DNA from: a virus
Taxonomy: Duplodnaviria; Caudoviricetes
Strand: one strand, 5' to 3'
Length of the DNA: 64,000 nt
IMG/VR virus record: IMGVR_UViG_3300020190_000004
Shown here one piece after another: positions 10,142 to 20,374 of the stretch. The stretch's first letter is position 1. Every line of letters starts with the position of its first letter. The position numbers were made by a program, and so were the translations under genes. The notes beneath the pieces were generated by a model that worked only from the letters and a program-made list of their open reading frames with translations, searched no databases and was not told the DNA's origin.

Positions 10142-10974
10142 TATGAACTTACTTTAACGTTTTTAGATGTAGACAACTGTTCAAACGCAGAAGCCTGCGA
10201 ACTATAAACTCCAGGGGTTGAAGGCAACTTGCCGTCAACCGCAGTAGCAAGAGATTTTAGAAATGCCCATAGCGGTTCAGCAAGAACGGCTGAATATGTA
10301 GGAGCTGGCCCAAGTTTTGTAACTGCTGAGCCATTCATGGCAACTTCTGTAGATTCTGCTCTGATTAGAGAGTTAGAAGCTAGATTGATGCTTGAATTAC
10401 ATGTGATGTTTATGTTAGGTCCTACAAGTTCAATTATGCTTTCACTACCCGAATGCTCTATAGTTATACTTGTATCAGGGTTTATCGTTATATGTGAATC
10501 TTTTAAAGATATCTCCATACCGATATCTGGTGTGTAGTATACTTTTAACTCTTCATCTTGGTCCCAGCCAAACACATGACTGTTTAGATATGAAGCGCTG
10601 ATAGCAGCCTGCATATCAGTGTTTATGTTTATGATAGAAGAATACTCGGGTGAATAAATGTTACCATCACAAAAATTTACTGATACGATTGCTCCTATCT
10701 TAGGCACACTTAAATTACCAAACCCTCCTTCACCACCCGCAAAGAAATTGTTATTTTTAGGATACGCCCACGGAATGTCTTCTTTTTTCAATTCTGTTCT
10801 TTTAGTCTGCCCGGGTATAGGTTTATTGTTTTTGTCATATACAGGTTCTTCAAAGTCAAAGACTCCAAACACCATGATTCTACAACGCCCTTCACGATTT
10901 GGGTCATCATTATCAACTACTCGTCCTACAAATGAACCTTGGGATAAATATCTTTTTTCAAGAGTACTTGCCAT
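10141..10974 (-). CDS. Baseplate central spike, gp5/VgrG-like N-terminal OB fold, no lysozyme domain
   Basis: FVGRVVDNDDPNREGRCRIMVFG...IPWAYP...VPKIGAIVSVNFCDGNIYSPEY. Confidence 0.85.
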   Translation of the reverse strand: MASTLEKRYLSQGSFVGRVVDNDDPNREGRCRIMVFGVFDFEEPVYDKNNKPIPGQTKRTELKKEDIPWAYPKNNNFFAGGEGGFGNLSVPKIGAIVSVNFCDGNIYSPEYSSIININTDMQAAISASYLNSHVFGWDQDEELKVYYTPDIGMEISLKDSHITINPDTSITIEHSGSESIIELVGPNINITCNSSINLASNSLIRAESTEVAMNGSAVTKLGPAPTYSAVLAEPLWAFLKSLATAVDGKLPSTPGVYSSQASAFEQLSTSKNVKVSS

Positions 10975-11005
10975 TTTTAGTTTTTAGCTTTAATAGTTTT
11001 ATATT

Positions 11006-13051
11006 TTATTTGCGACTTTTATTAGAAAAACCAATGTTACCTAAACCAGTAGATTTTAAAGATGACCCTTGGCTTTCAAGGTTAACATTAGCTGGTTTAG
11101 GAGTTGAATCACTATCAATCTTATCACCTTCTAAAGTAACGATTGAGGTATCAAGACTAGCATCTATAGTAGATACAGGTCCTTCAAGCTGTGCTTTTGC
11201 TACAGCTTGCGCAGCAACTGGGGATGAACCAAATAAGATTCTACCAAGGTCAGACTGTAACAGTGATGTCTTACCCGATGATAGCAAATCTTCTTTTCGA
11301 GGATTTGGTGTAGTAGCTTTAGGTGGTTCTAATCTTACAAGTTCTCCAAGCGTGGCATTCTCTAAAGATGTACCAGCTGTTACTGATTGTATCTCTTTTA
11401 TGTCTCCAATAAAGCCTTTTAGAAGTTCAATATCAGCACCATCTAAGTTAATGTTATCCGCCATTGTAGAAGCTTCTTTAGGGGACTTTGCAAATTTACT
11501 TAATAAACCTTGCAGGGCGGCTACGGGGTTATTCAGAATCCCTTGTAGTTCACCTACAAGTGTGGTTAAAGATAAACCATAAACATTACCAAGAAATGCG
11601 CCTCTAAGCAAATTTCCAGCCAATGCACGAGCTCTTGATCCTACATCAACGCTTCCTAAGTTACGTTCTATCAAAGTGCCAGATGGTGGTACAAGTAAAT
11701 TTTCACCTAATGCATTTTCTCCAGCAAGATTGGTTTCTTGTGCAGGTGCCCCACCTAACTGAATGTTTTGTGCATTAAGTGAAGTGTTTACTCTATCTAC
11801 CAGCTCGCCTTGTGCATTATATACTTTTGATTCAAACCCTTGTTTTCCTGGTGCTTTGTTTTCAGTTCCATTATTTTTGTTCCCCACGCCAAAACTAAAT
11901 TGTTTATCCTCTGTCCTTTTCCCGACGCTTTGCCCCTCTCTCCATTCTGTTTCCCCCGCCGTAAAAAATGGCGGCGTCGCAGCTGAAAAGAGCAGTGATC
12001 TAAGATCTTTAAAGCCATCAACGTTATTATAAGACAAAGTTTGTAAGTCACGCGAGAATTTTTCAACATCGTCACCTCTTGTTACACCATCTCCCTCTGG
12101 TTCCCCCTGTATGCTGGTTGTTTTATTAAATGATGAATACATCGTGTCTTTTCCTCGCTGGTAATTGTAAAAAGTGTCTGCGATAAGTCCACCCATCATA
12201 CCATAGTTATTGACTTCACGAATCGCTCCAATCTTAATTGGTATTTTTACGTGTGCTGGTTTATCACTCGCGTATCTTGCGACATCTGCCAAATAACCTA
12301 CAGTTTCTTCAGTCAAAAAGTCAAATTCACAATAGTCTAATCTGAACCTAATAAACGAACCTGTGTTGAAAAAAGAATTTGGTGAGAGCCCCTTAGGATC
12401 AGCCGCAGTATTCGGACGCTTAATATGGCGTATTTCAGTGACCCACAAGTCCATTGAAAAGTATCTTTGGTTATCGGGTAACATATGACGCATGTTAGAG
12501 AAATCATATGAAGCTTTTCGATAACAATCAATAAGATACGTCATCTTCATTGAAATGCTTTCATGGCAATCAAATATAATTTTCTTTTCTTTTGCGCGAT
12601 AAGGGTTTTTTGGGTCAACTCTCCATAAGTCAGCTAATCCTTCAACTTTTTCGAATGTCCATGGCTCGTATGTGGATACTTTCATAAAACCCTCTCTAAA
12701 TTCTCGAATCATGCCAGCGCGGTAATACTCGCCTCGCCTTCTTAAAAAGCTTTCAGCGCCATCAGGTAAGTTTGTATACCCATCACCAAGGCCTTTCTCC
12801 GTATCATTGGCCTTATTGTAATTTTCATCATACTTCATAAATAAGCCCATCGGCATTACATCCATGTCCATGTTAGTTGGATCATAATATCCGTCTGGGA
12901 TAATTCTAAAGTAGAAGCCCATGTAAGTAGGGTCTTCGTAGTCTTGCCATCTACTAATCTCCTCATCAAATTTTTCGGGGCGAGATGGAGATGGTAACCA
13001 CTGGCCCCCGCCAGTTAAAAACCCTTTTGTAATTTTGTTAGTGTAGTACAT
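11006..13051 (-). CDS. Putative tail-tube-fold baseplate protein (gp54/gp48-like) with low-complexity C-terminus
   Basis: Position in baseplate cluster; late-type motif upstream; tube-like N-terminal pattern (inference). Confidence 0.4.
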   Translation of the reverse strand: MYYTNKITKGFLTGGGQWLPSPSRPEKFDEEISRWQDYEDPTYMGFYFRIIPDGYYDPTNMDMDVMPMGLFMKYDENYNKANDTEKGLGDGYTNLPDGAESFLRRRGEYYRAGMIREFREGFMKVSTYEPWTFEKVEGLADLWRVDPKNPYRAKEKKIIFDCHESISMKMTYLIDCYRKASYDFSNMRHMLPDNQRYFSMDLWVTEIRHIKRPNTAADPKGLSPNSFFNTGSFIRFRLDYCEFDFLTEETVGYLADVARYASDKPAHVKIPIKIGAIREVNNYGMMGGLIADTFYNYQRGKDTMYSSFNKTTSIQGEPEGDGVTRGDDVEKFSRDLQTLSYNNVDGFKDLRSLLFSAATPPFFTAGETEWREGQSVGKRTEDKQFSFGVGNKNNGTENKAPGKQGFESKVYNAQGELVDRVNTSLNAQNIQLGGAPAQETNLAGENALGENLLVPPSGTLIERNLGSVDVGSRARALAGNLLRGAFLGNVYGLSLTTLVGELQGILNNPVAALQGLLSKFAKSPKEASTMADNINLDGADIELLKGFIGDIKEIQSVTAGTSLENATLGELVRLEPPKATTPNPRKEDLLSSGKTSLLQSDLGRILFGSSPVAAQAVAKAQLEGPVSTIDASLDTSIVTLEGDKIDSDSTPKPANVNLESQGSSLKSTGLGNIGFSNKSRK

Positions 13052-13055
13052 ATTA

Positions 13056-13064
13056 GTATATATT
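13056..13064 (-). promoter_or_regulatory. Late-type promoter variant AATATATAC
   Basis: Fills the 13-nt gap upstream of ATG 13051. Confidence 0.55.
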
Positions 13065-14657
13065 TTAACCTGTTCCAGGTACTGGCCATTCTCTTCTCTT
13101 TAAGTAAAAGATCTCGGTGTAAGATGGGACGATAGCTTTATTATTGGATATGAAGTTAGTTGAAGTAGGTAACATTGAATATGTAATCTTTATGCCGTCT
13201 ACCATGTAAAAACCGCTGTAAATCTGATTGGCAACCATGTTTGCCTCAGAACCGACATCCATTACATCGGAGACTTCGTTAGGGGTAGCATTCTGCCTTC
13301 TTGCGTTTACGTTGTCTTGTGAGTAAACAAGAACAGGTATCTTTTCTCCACGATATATGTTTGGGTTCCAGCGTTCTACGTGAGCTATCAAATACAATTT
13401 TTCTAGCTCTTCGTTATTACGAGTATTCCATAGTTCTGAATAGTAGTACTTGTCATGAACATCTTCATATTGAATACCTTGCCAATACCTCTTATATTGT
13501 GTTTTCCAATATGTTTCTTCGGACGTACCGTCCGGTAATTTCTTAAAGGACCGCCCCTTTAGCAATATCTTTTTTTCATTCGCGCCTTCGGTAACTAGCG
13601 GATCAACAAATATGTTCCAAAACTGCAAACTTTGATAGTCAAAGATTTGCGAAAAACTTTTGTAACCCCACTTCTTAGAAACCGCTGATGAATTATTCTC
13701 AACGCCATACTGTTTTATGAACATGTTTGTGTCTCTTAAAGATTGTATGTCAGTTAACATTTTGGCTGTAGTTGTCTGAGAATTTTCTACCATGTTATCT
13801 TTATCATTATACAAATCCCTAAATTGTGTTACGTCTAAAAGAGCAACTTCAATCTTACCATCACCAGCAACCTGTGGGTTAACATTTACAAAGTTTAAGT
13901 GATAATAGTTATCAATAAAGACCTTGTAAAAAGATTGTTCATTTTTCCAAGCGTGGTTGGCAACATGCTTAATGAAATTATGCAATGTATCACCTGTGCA
14001 TAGCCAGACTTGTGAATCATTAGTAAAAGATTCGTTGGTAGCAAAACCTAACCCCAAGTCTCCTGCAACTTTTTGTAAAACTTCAAAGGTTGTTCCACTA
14101 TATGACTTTAACACTTCATCGTGTATATGCGGAACGAAAAGTTCGCCAAAGATAGTAAGTGTCCCACCTTGCCCTTGTGACACACCTGGCGATATATCAA
14201 CTCGTGTTATTAAGAAATCATTTCTGATAGGCTTAAATGCGTCAGACTTGGCTCTAATAAAAACATTAACTAAATCACCGTCTTTTGGCACAGATGTAAA
14301 CTTAAAACCTGTTTTAGTCGAGTCTAATACAATTTCTAATCTAAGAGCAGGCAAGAATCCTGTTGAATCTATCTCAAAATCGTAAATGTCACCTGTGTTA
14401 AAAACTACCGCGTTAATCATAATAAACGGATATGAAGTGCCTATATCGTTCTGAATTTGATAACCAGATTCAACACCCTTTTGGTCATAAAGATTTTCAG
14501 AAGTTCCTTGGAATGCATCTTCAATTATCATATCATCAACCTCTATCGTAGGTTTTAGCAAAGACCTAATTATGCACTCTTCTTGATTAGTGTTTCTAAT
14601 TTGATTAGGATTCTCCGGCGGTTCAATAAAAAACGGGTTAACAAAGTTATCTGCCAT
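13065..14657 (-). CDS. Baseplate hub protein, gp27/gpD-like
   Basis: C-terminal YSGFYMVDGIKITY typical of hub proteins; order LysM-hub-spike. Confidence 0.6.
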   Translation of the reverse strand: MADNFVNPFFIEPPENPNQIRNTNQEECIIRSLLKPTIEVDDMIIEDAFQGTSENLYDQKGVESGYQIQNDIGTSYPFIMINAVVFNTGDIYDFEIDSTGFLPALRLEIVLDSTKTGFKFTSVPKDGDLVNVFIRAKSDAFKPIRNDFLITRVDISPGVSQGQGGTLTIFGELFVPHIHDEVLKSYSGTTFEVLQKVAGDLGLGFATNESFTNDSQVWLCTGDTLHNFIKHVANHAWKNEQSFYKVFIDNYYHLNFVNVNPQVAGDGKIEVALLDVTQFRDLYNDKDNMVENSQTTTAKMLTDIQSLRDTNMFIKQYGVENNSSAVSKKWGYKSFSQIFDYQSLQFWNIFVDPLVTEGANEKKILLKGRSFKKLPDGTSEETYWKTQYKRYWQGIQYEDVHDKYYYSELWNTRNNEELEKLYLIAHVERWNPNIYRGEKIPVLVYSQDNVNARRQNATPNEVSDVMDVGSEANMVANQIYSGFYMVDGIKITYSMLPTSTNFISNNKAIVPSYTEIFYLKRREWPVPGTG

Positions 14658-15280
14658 TACTTGTTATTATTTAGTCGGTTTTTAACTAGCCTTGCTAAGA
14701 ATTCACTTTTAGAAATTGGTTCTTCACAAGCTTCTTTGCTCTTTGTAACATTAGGGCCGAAGTAGAGTTTACCGTTTCTTAATTGTATTTCTTTATCCCC
14801 AAAGTCAGCGTAGTTAGGAGGTAAAGCATTTTCTTGCGCGGATTTTTCACCAGGTTTTTTATTTCTTTTTTCAAACTCTTTAAGTTTAGGGTCAAGCTGG
14901 GAACCTTTTTCAGGGGAAAGATATTGTTTACGAACATCTTTAATTTTTTCTGCCTGGTTTTCTTCATTTCTAAAGTTTTTGTTTAGACTGATTGGGTCAT
15001 ATATAACAAGAAGATCACCAGTATTGATAGCAAGAGGGTTACTTATGTCATTAAACTTAAGAATTTTTTCAATCATATCCATGTTACCGTACATTGCTTT
15101 GGATATTAAGTCTATTCTCATTGCAGTTTCATCAGTAACTAGGTAGTACTTTATACCCTTTGGCCCGTTTGAAGGGTCAACATTAAGGTCTCTATGAATA
15201 AAGTCAATATAAAACTCATTTGTTTTTTTGTCTTTAATTTCGGGTTTAGTATTCTGTGTTACGTTAAATTCAATCGGCAT
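14657..15280 (-). CDS. Baseplate wedge gp53-like / LysM-tail X domain protein
   Basis: RIDLISKAMYGNMDMIEKILKFNDISNPLAINTGDLLVI. Confidence 0.7.
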   Translation of the reverse strand: MPIEFNVTQNTKPEIKDKKTNEFYIDFIHRDLNVDPSNGPKGIKYYLVTDETAMRIDLISKAMYGNMDMIEKILKFNDISNPLAINTGDLLVIYDPISLNKNFRNEENQAEKIKDVRKQYLSPEKGSQLDPKLKEFEKRNKKPGEKSAQENALPPNYADFGDKEIQLRNGKLYFGPNVTKSKEACEEPISKSEFLARLVKNRLNNNK

Positions 15281-15291
15281 AGTCTACTTAA

Positions 15292-17574
15292 TTATTTTGA
15301 CATCCATTTTACACCAGCTGCGACAGTTGCGTTATATGTATTTTTTAACCTTGGTATTACTGATTGCTTATAGTATCCTATAATGTTGTCAATTTCGCGT
15401 GGATCTCCAAGGAGTGGGTTTTTTCCTGAATACCCGCTTCTTCCACCATTATAGTATCCTTTAGCTCCACCCCTGCCTTTCCCGTTACTGTTTTTCTTAA
15501 TTCCACTGCTTTCTCCCCAAGGGTTAGGACCAGTTGTTGAACCGCCTGTAGAAGAATCAACAGCACTCTGATTAAATGATGAAAAACTATTTTCATATCC
15601 TTTAGGAACTGAATAAATTCTACCCGATCCTTTGTTAAACATAGATTCTATACCAGCTCTATCTCTGGGCATTCCGTGTTCAAGTGAAATTGTTGCTTTT
15701 AACTCAGTAGGAAAATCATCTGGGCCAAGCTCTTCGTTAAAACTGATTTCTATACCCGTACAGATAAGATTACCAACCATCATCATCGGGTTAAGAGGAT
15801 TACCTACAGTTAAGTGCCATTCTCCAACAGGATTACCCGTTAAGAGGGAGTGCATTCCCTGCATGAATCCTGATCCCGAAGTAGTATTCATTAACATGTG
15901 TCCACTCAGCGCTCCTGCTGCGATTGATTTTAGTCCACCAATAGGATCATCAAAGAATTTTTGAAACATTTCACCCACATTTTCTATCGCTTTAGCAAAT
16001 TGTTTACCAAGCGCATTAAAGAATCCGTCAACGTCACCTCTCATCCAGGCATCTCTACCTTCGCTTCCTCCTAAAAAAGGAGGAATACCACCTTGAGCAG
16101 CCGCTGGCATATAGCGGTTCATACCACCCCAGAAAGTTGCTTCATTATATGTAAGTAACATTAAATTTCCAAGTATGTCAAGTATAGCTGCTTTGGAGTT
16201 TATACCTCCAATACTTCTTGCGACATACTCAAACTGTAACTTAATCTCGTGTTTGAATGTAATACCTCGCTCACGAGCCTTTGTGCTATCAATCACGGTA
16301 ACAGGACCAAGTATTTTGTTAGCATAAGGGCCGTTGTTGTACGGATCAGGCGGTGGCCCACCACCTACAGAAGGTTTGGCTGCATTGGCACCACCCGCTA
16401 AGTAACCAAGAACGGTAGCTAAACCCGGAGCGGGACCATTTGCTGTTCCTGGGGACCCGCTAAAGCTAACTTCCCAAACATCTGCTTTAACTTCTTTCCA
16501 TTTAAGACCAGCGCTGATAGGCCCAAGTATAGTTGATATTTTATTTCCAGGGTCCTCGCCTAAAAAAGTTATAGCTGTAGCAGCTGGCGTTATTTTGTCC
16601 TTTGGTATCTCTCCTTTTGCTTCAGATACCGATGAAACGTTGTCAATACAAGGAAATGTATAACGACGCAAAGTAATCATATAGTTAAGAGGGATCTTTT
16701 TCCAATACTTTAAGAAAACAAAGTCTTGGTATCGGTATGGAAATTTTGTATTACCTGGTCTTTCACACCATTCAACAAGTTGTGAAACTGTTAGGTCAGT
16801 TGTTAATCCTGAAACAGCACCACTACCTGTAGATCCTGAATTAGGATTTTGCACATTTGCTGTTACGTCATAAAAACGCGGCTGATTTTCACGATCTATC
16901 AAATACTTATTTCCTAATTTACCAGCAGCAGCCTGCAAATTAATGTAAGCATTGTAGTTCATTAATGAAGGTACACCCCAATGTTCAGGTGCCAGATCTT
17001 TCATTTGCTTTGGAGTCACCTCAGGATTTGATGCACTAACAGGTCCGGTGTTTCCGGCCGTTGCACTTGGCACAGATACTACGAAACCTTCGGTTAAAGT
17101 CGATTGAATATCTTCGGATGTGCAAAAGCTGTAAACAACAGAACCGTCATCAGCTACATTAAAAATTAAGCGAGGGTCAAAAGGTAAAGTAGTATTTGGG
17201 CCTCCTGTTAAACCTGGAGCACTTCCGTCGTTTGTACTGGGTTCTGTGCCCTCTTCACCCGCCGCAGGCTGTGGCGGATAAACTGTTCCTGTCCCATATA
17301 CAGCTTCAAGTTTGCTATAAGCGTCATCAAAAGTAAGTCCATAATTCAAAACCCACCCTGCTTGCCCGGTTGCTCCATTTGGCTGGGTTTCAACCAGTGG
17401 ACCGTCTGGACCCAACTTCATAGTGTATACGTCGGGACCGACAGACTTAACAGCAACTTTATACGGTGGGTCTTTTGGCCCGCTATACGGTGGTGAGCCT
17501 CCGGAAAGTCCAGAGTCTCTCTGAGTCCCATTTGCTTTCCCCGTAGGCCCTTTCGATTTTTTTCCGTTACCCAT
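15292..17574 (-). CDS. Putative baseplate tail-tube cap/initiator (gp48-like) with Gly/Pro-rich extensions
   Basis: LTVGNPLNPMMMVGNLICTGIEISF...FPTELKATISLE; first gene of the baseplate operon. Confidence 0.45.
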   Translation of the reverse strand: MGNGKKSKGPTGKANGTQRDSGLSGGSPPYSGPKDPPYKVAVKSVGPDVYTMKLGPDGPLVETQPNGATGQAGWVLNYGLTFDDAYSKLEAVYGTGTVYPPQPAAGEEGTEPSTNDGSAPGLTGGPNTTLPFDPRLIFNVADDGSVVYSFCTSEDIQSTLTEGFVVSVPSATAGNTGPVSASNPEVTPKQMKDLAPEHWGVPSLMNYNAYINLQAAAGKLGNKYLIDRENQPRFYDVTANVQNPNSGSTGSGAVSGLTTDLTVSQLVEWCERPGNTKFPYRYQDFVFLKYWKKIPLNYMITLRRYTFPCIDNVSSVSEAKGEIPKDKITPAATAITFLGEDPGNKISTILGPISAGLKWKEVKADVWEVSFSGSPGTANGPAPGLATVLGYLAGGANAAKPSVGGGPPPDPYNNGPYANKILGPVTVIDSTKARERGITFKHEIKLQFEYVARSIGGINSKAAILDILGNLMLLTYNEATFWGGMNRYMPAAAQGGIPPFLGGSEGRDAWMRGDVDGFFNALGKQFAKAIENVGEMFQKFFDDPIGGLKSIAAGALSGHMLMNTTSGSGFMQGMHSLLTGNPVGEWHLTVGNPLNPMMMVGNLICTGIEISFNEELGPDDFPTELKATISLEHGMPRDRAGIESMFNKGSGRIYSVPKGYENSFSSFNQSAVDSSTGGSTTGPNPWGESSGIKKNSNGKGRGGAKGYYNGGRSGYSGKNPLLGDPREIDNIIGYYKQSVIPRLKNTYNATVAAGVKWMSK

Positions 17575-17592
17575 TTATTACACTTATTTTAG

Positions 17593-17636
17593 GTATATAT
17601 CACCTTCATATACAATTCTTAACCATGAATATATAG
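17593..17636. promoter_or_regulatory. Divergent pair of late-type promoters (GATATATAC minus 17593-17601; AATATATAG plus 17628-17636)
   Basis: Two motifs back to back in the 81-nt gap between divergent operons. Confidence 0.65.
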
Positions 17637-17655
17637 TCTAAAATACAGACAAACT

Positions 17656-17877
17656 ATGAATAGAAGAGTATTAAATTTTTCCGACTTTTTGGTAGAAGCT
17701 GATGAATTGGAAAAAGATCTTGTTAAGAAGAATCTTCGTGCTGAAGCTGGCGGTGAACAAGAAGAAGAAAAAGAAGAAGAAATCGACGCAGCAGAAGTTA
17801 GCGATGACGACGATGACGACGATGACGACGTCGCATCCGATGATTCCGTTGCTTCAGACGGTGGAGCAGATATCTAA
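17656..17877 (+). CDS. Small acidic protein with CTS-like tag
   Basis: MNRRVLNFSDFLVE, then E- and D-rich tracts. Confidence 0.6.
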   Translation: MNRRVLNFSDFLVEADELEKDLVKKNLRAEAGGEQEEEKEEEIDAAEVSDDDDDDDDDVASDDSVASDGGADI

Positions 17878-17892
17878 AAAAATTCTAACATA

Positions 17893-18234
17893 ATGAAGCA
17901 CATACACACATTTGAAAACTTCTTAAATGAAGCCCTGGCTTTTGATACATCTAAACTAAAGAATATCAACTTTATCCTTCCTCCTTTTGATAAGCCGTAC
18001 CAAGATGAATTCCAGATCTCCTTTGATAAAGGTGTAGATAAAGATGCAATTGAAAAAGCAATTAAAAGTGAAAAGGGCGCAGCCCGTGTAAAGTACGAGT
18101 GGACTACAGACCCGCACGGCTCGGAAGTTCTACTGCTTAAACCTGGAAAAGATAACTCAGGTCTAACTTTCGTTTTCAGCGCAGTCGATGATTTCTATGG
18201 TTCACACGGTGCAAGCATGGGATGGGCACTATAA
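17893..18234 (+). CDS. CTS-like tagged small protein
   Basis: MKHIHTFENFLNE. Confidence 0.7.
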   Translation: MKHIHTFENFLNEALAFDTSKLKNINFILPPFDKPYQDEFQISFDKGVDKDAIEKAIKSEKGAARVKYEWTTDPHGSEVLLLKPGKDNSGLTFVFSAVDDFYGSHGASMGWAL

Positions 18235-18248
18235 AAAAACATAATAAG

Positions 18249-18560
18249 ATGAAACACCTAAAAACCTTTGAAAACTTCCTCAATGAGGCAAACGGCCTTG
18301 CATACTGGTCTGACTACGCGGAAGACACTTCTGGACAAGCAGAAGCCTGGATGAGCGAGCCTTGCACAGATATGTCACACGTTATTAAGTGTGTTGACGA
18401 TTCTATTGCTGCATGGAACAAAGCAGCAGAAGCAGACGGCGGGGACCGTGTGTCTAAACCATCAGAAAAACATATCGGTGATTTGGCAATCCGTTATTGG
18501 AAACAGTTTAAGACTATTAACGGAAACATCATCACTGCAATGATTGCGCAAGAGTCTTGA
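18249..18560 (+). CDS. CTS-like tagged small protein
   Basis: Likely start 18249: MKHLKTFENFLNE. Confidence 0.7.
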   Translation: MKHLKTFENFLNEANGLAYWSDYAEDTSGQAEAWMSEPCTDMSHVIKCVDDSIAAWNKAAEADGGDRVSKPSEKHIGDLAIRYWKQFKTINGNIITAMIAQES

Positions 18561-18585
18561 AGTAGGTACTAAAAAAAGAATTAAT

Positions 18586-18885
18586 ATGAAAAACATTAAA
18601 ACGTTTGAAGACTTTCTTGGTGATTCTACCAAAACCAATGAAGAAGCAGAAGGCAAAATGTATAAAGTATCTCTTGATACAATCATAAAGAGCGCTGAAG
18701 AAATCAAATCCCTTGTTACCGACGACCAAGATCTTGAGGCCTGGGTGCAAGACAAGATAACTATCGCTGAACACAACATGGAAGCTATTCTTGGTTATAT
18801 GAAAGGCGAAGGCGGCAAGAAGAAAATTGAAGTACCAGTTCAAGGAGATATGAAAACTGGCGGAATGTTAAAGGACGAAAACTAA
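18586..18885 (+). CDS. CTS-like tagged protein with a helical domain recurrent in T4-like phages
   Basis: Likely start 18586: MKNIKTFEDFLGD; contains DLEAWVQDKITIAEHNM. Confidence 0.65.
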   Translation: MKNIKTFEDFLGDSTKTNEEAEGKMYKVSLDTIIKSAEEIKSLVTDDQDLEAWVQDKITIAEHNMEAILGYMKGEGGKKKIEVPVQGDMKTGGMLKDEN

Positions 18886-19949
18886 TGCACGTTTTACCGT
18901 TCGATAAGTTCAGCAAAGAAAAAGGCGTCTTTAAGATAGCTTTTCTTGGAGACATAATGTGTGAAGACTCCGCACTTATGTCAGTTGTCAATGATGAACC
19001 ATTCCAATTCATAAAGCCGTTTCTGTATTCCACTGATTATGTTGTAGGAAATCTTGAAACAACTTTTAGTGGAGAAACGAGCAGTTATCCTAAATTTTCA
19101 ACGAATGATCTGTTAGCGGATGACCTAAGTAGTTTTGTGAATCTTGTGTTTACTGCGAACAACCACTGCTATGATTTTGGAACAAAAGGAGTTGAAAGGA
19201 CTATTGAAATACTGGATGAATTTGGTATAAATTACGTAGGAACTAATCCTTTACCAAAAATTCGCAGAACATTCGATGCTGACTTAAAAGGTCATAAATT
19301 ATCTTTTCTAAACTATACACAATTTATTAATGAAACGAAGAAAGACCCAATTTACAAAGGAATTAATACCCCAGAAACACCAACAAACCTCATCAATTTT
19401 TACTCTAAAACCCAAGCTCAGGAAACGATTAATCTGGCGAAGGAGAGATCTGAACTTGTCTTTGTTGGAGTCCATCAATCATCTAGAAAAAGTAATGCAA
19501 GAGAACTCGAACGAACAAGCACCAGCGAGCAACGAGAGTTCTTGGCTTCCGTAAGTAATTTTGGCGCTGACGTAGTTATTGGTGGACATCCGCATTACTT
19601 TCAAGGTGCAGAAATTCTTGAAGAGGGAAAGATCATTGTCTATTCACTTGGAAATTTCTTTTCTACCATGTGGAACCCTCCTCATTATACTACTAACTGC
19701 GGGTGCATTATGATAATGTCTTGTGATGGGTTTTCAAATATAAGATATACCTTCTTACCGATAGCAACCGTTAAGAACGAAAGTAATAACCACTACTATG
19801 TTATTCCTATCGCTACGCTTGAAGGTGGTAACTATGATTGGGTTTCTGTTAAACAGCGAGATGAACTTCTTGAAGAACTGGAAAGAATTCGTAAAACTTT
19901 AAGAGATTGTTCTCTTATCGAGGAAGAGCTTCCGATCCACTTTTTCTAA
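18885..19949 (+). CDS. CapA / PGA_cap family metallophosphoesterase
   Basis: GDIM, GNLE, ANNHCYDFG, IGGHPH, YSLGNF motifs. Confidence 0.85.
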   Translation: MHVLPFDKFSKEKGVFKIAFLGDIMCEDSALMSVVNDEPFQFIKPFLYSTDYVVGNLETTFSGETSSYPKFSTNDLLADDLSSFVNLVFTANNHCYDFGTKGVERTIEILDEFGINYVGTNPLPKIRRTFDADLKGHKLSFLNYTQFINETKKDPIYKGINTPETPTNLINFYSKTQAQETINLAKERSELVFVGVHQSSRKSNARELERTSTSEQREFLASVSNFGADVVIGGHPHYFQGAEILEEGKIIVYSLGNFFSTMWNPPHYTTNCGCIMIMSCDGFSNIRYTFLPIATVKNESNNHYYVIPIATLEGGNYDWVSVKQRDELLEELERIRKTLRDCSLIEEELPIHFF

Positions 19950-20372
19950 AGAATCCAACCAAACTACTGGCACAGGTTCGCAATTAATCATGTGAACCTT
20001 TTTTATTGTCGGGTAAAACAAAACTTCTTCGAAGAGTTCATAGTACTCTTCTTTTAACCACTTATCGGTTAAAAATATAATACTTTCTATTCCACGAATG
20101 TCTTGGGAAAAATGTATTACCTCCCGTATGATTTCATCATTAAACTCGGGATTGCTGTAGACAACGCCCAATAACTTTTTACTGTTGGCACCTTCTACAA
20201 TCATTTTGCGAATCTCTTCATTAACTATGAATCCTGAACATACATCTAAAGATTCTTTATCAAATCCCATCTGTTCTATTACCTCATCACTGTTAACTAT
20301 AAGATACTTTCTAAGATTTAAGAAACACTTCTTAATCTTGTTTCTATCATCAAAGGTAAGATACAAATTCAC
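19899..20372 (-). CDS. Hypothetical protein
   Basis: 157-aa ORF in a tightly packed operon. Confidence 0.55.
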   Translation of the reverse strand: MNLYLTFDDRNKIKKCFLNLRKYLIVNSDEVIEQMGFDKESLDVCSGFIVNEEIRKMIVEGANSKKLLGVVYSNPEFNDEIIREVIHFSQDIRGIESIIFLTDKWLKEEYYELFEEVLFYPTIKKVHMINCEPVPVVWLDSLEKVDRKLFLDKRTIS

Positions 20373-20374
20373 TT

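Noticed and set aside
5895-11582. Long plus-strand ORFs (6720-7418, 9351-10157, 10899-11582 and others)
   Set aside because: Antisense shadows of structural genes; Ser/Leu/Phe-rich, with no motifs or promoters.
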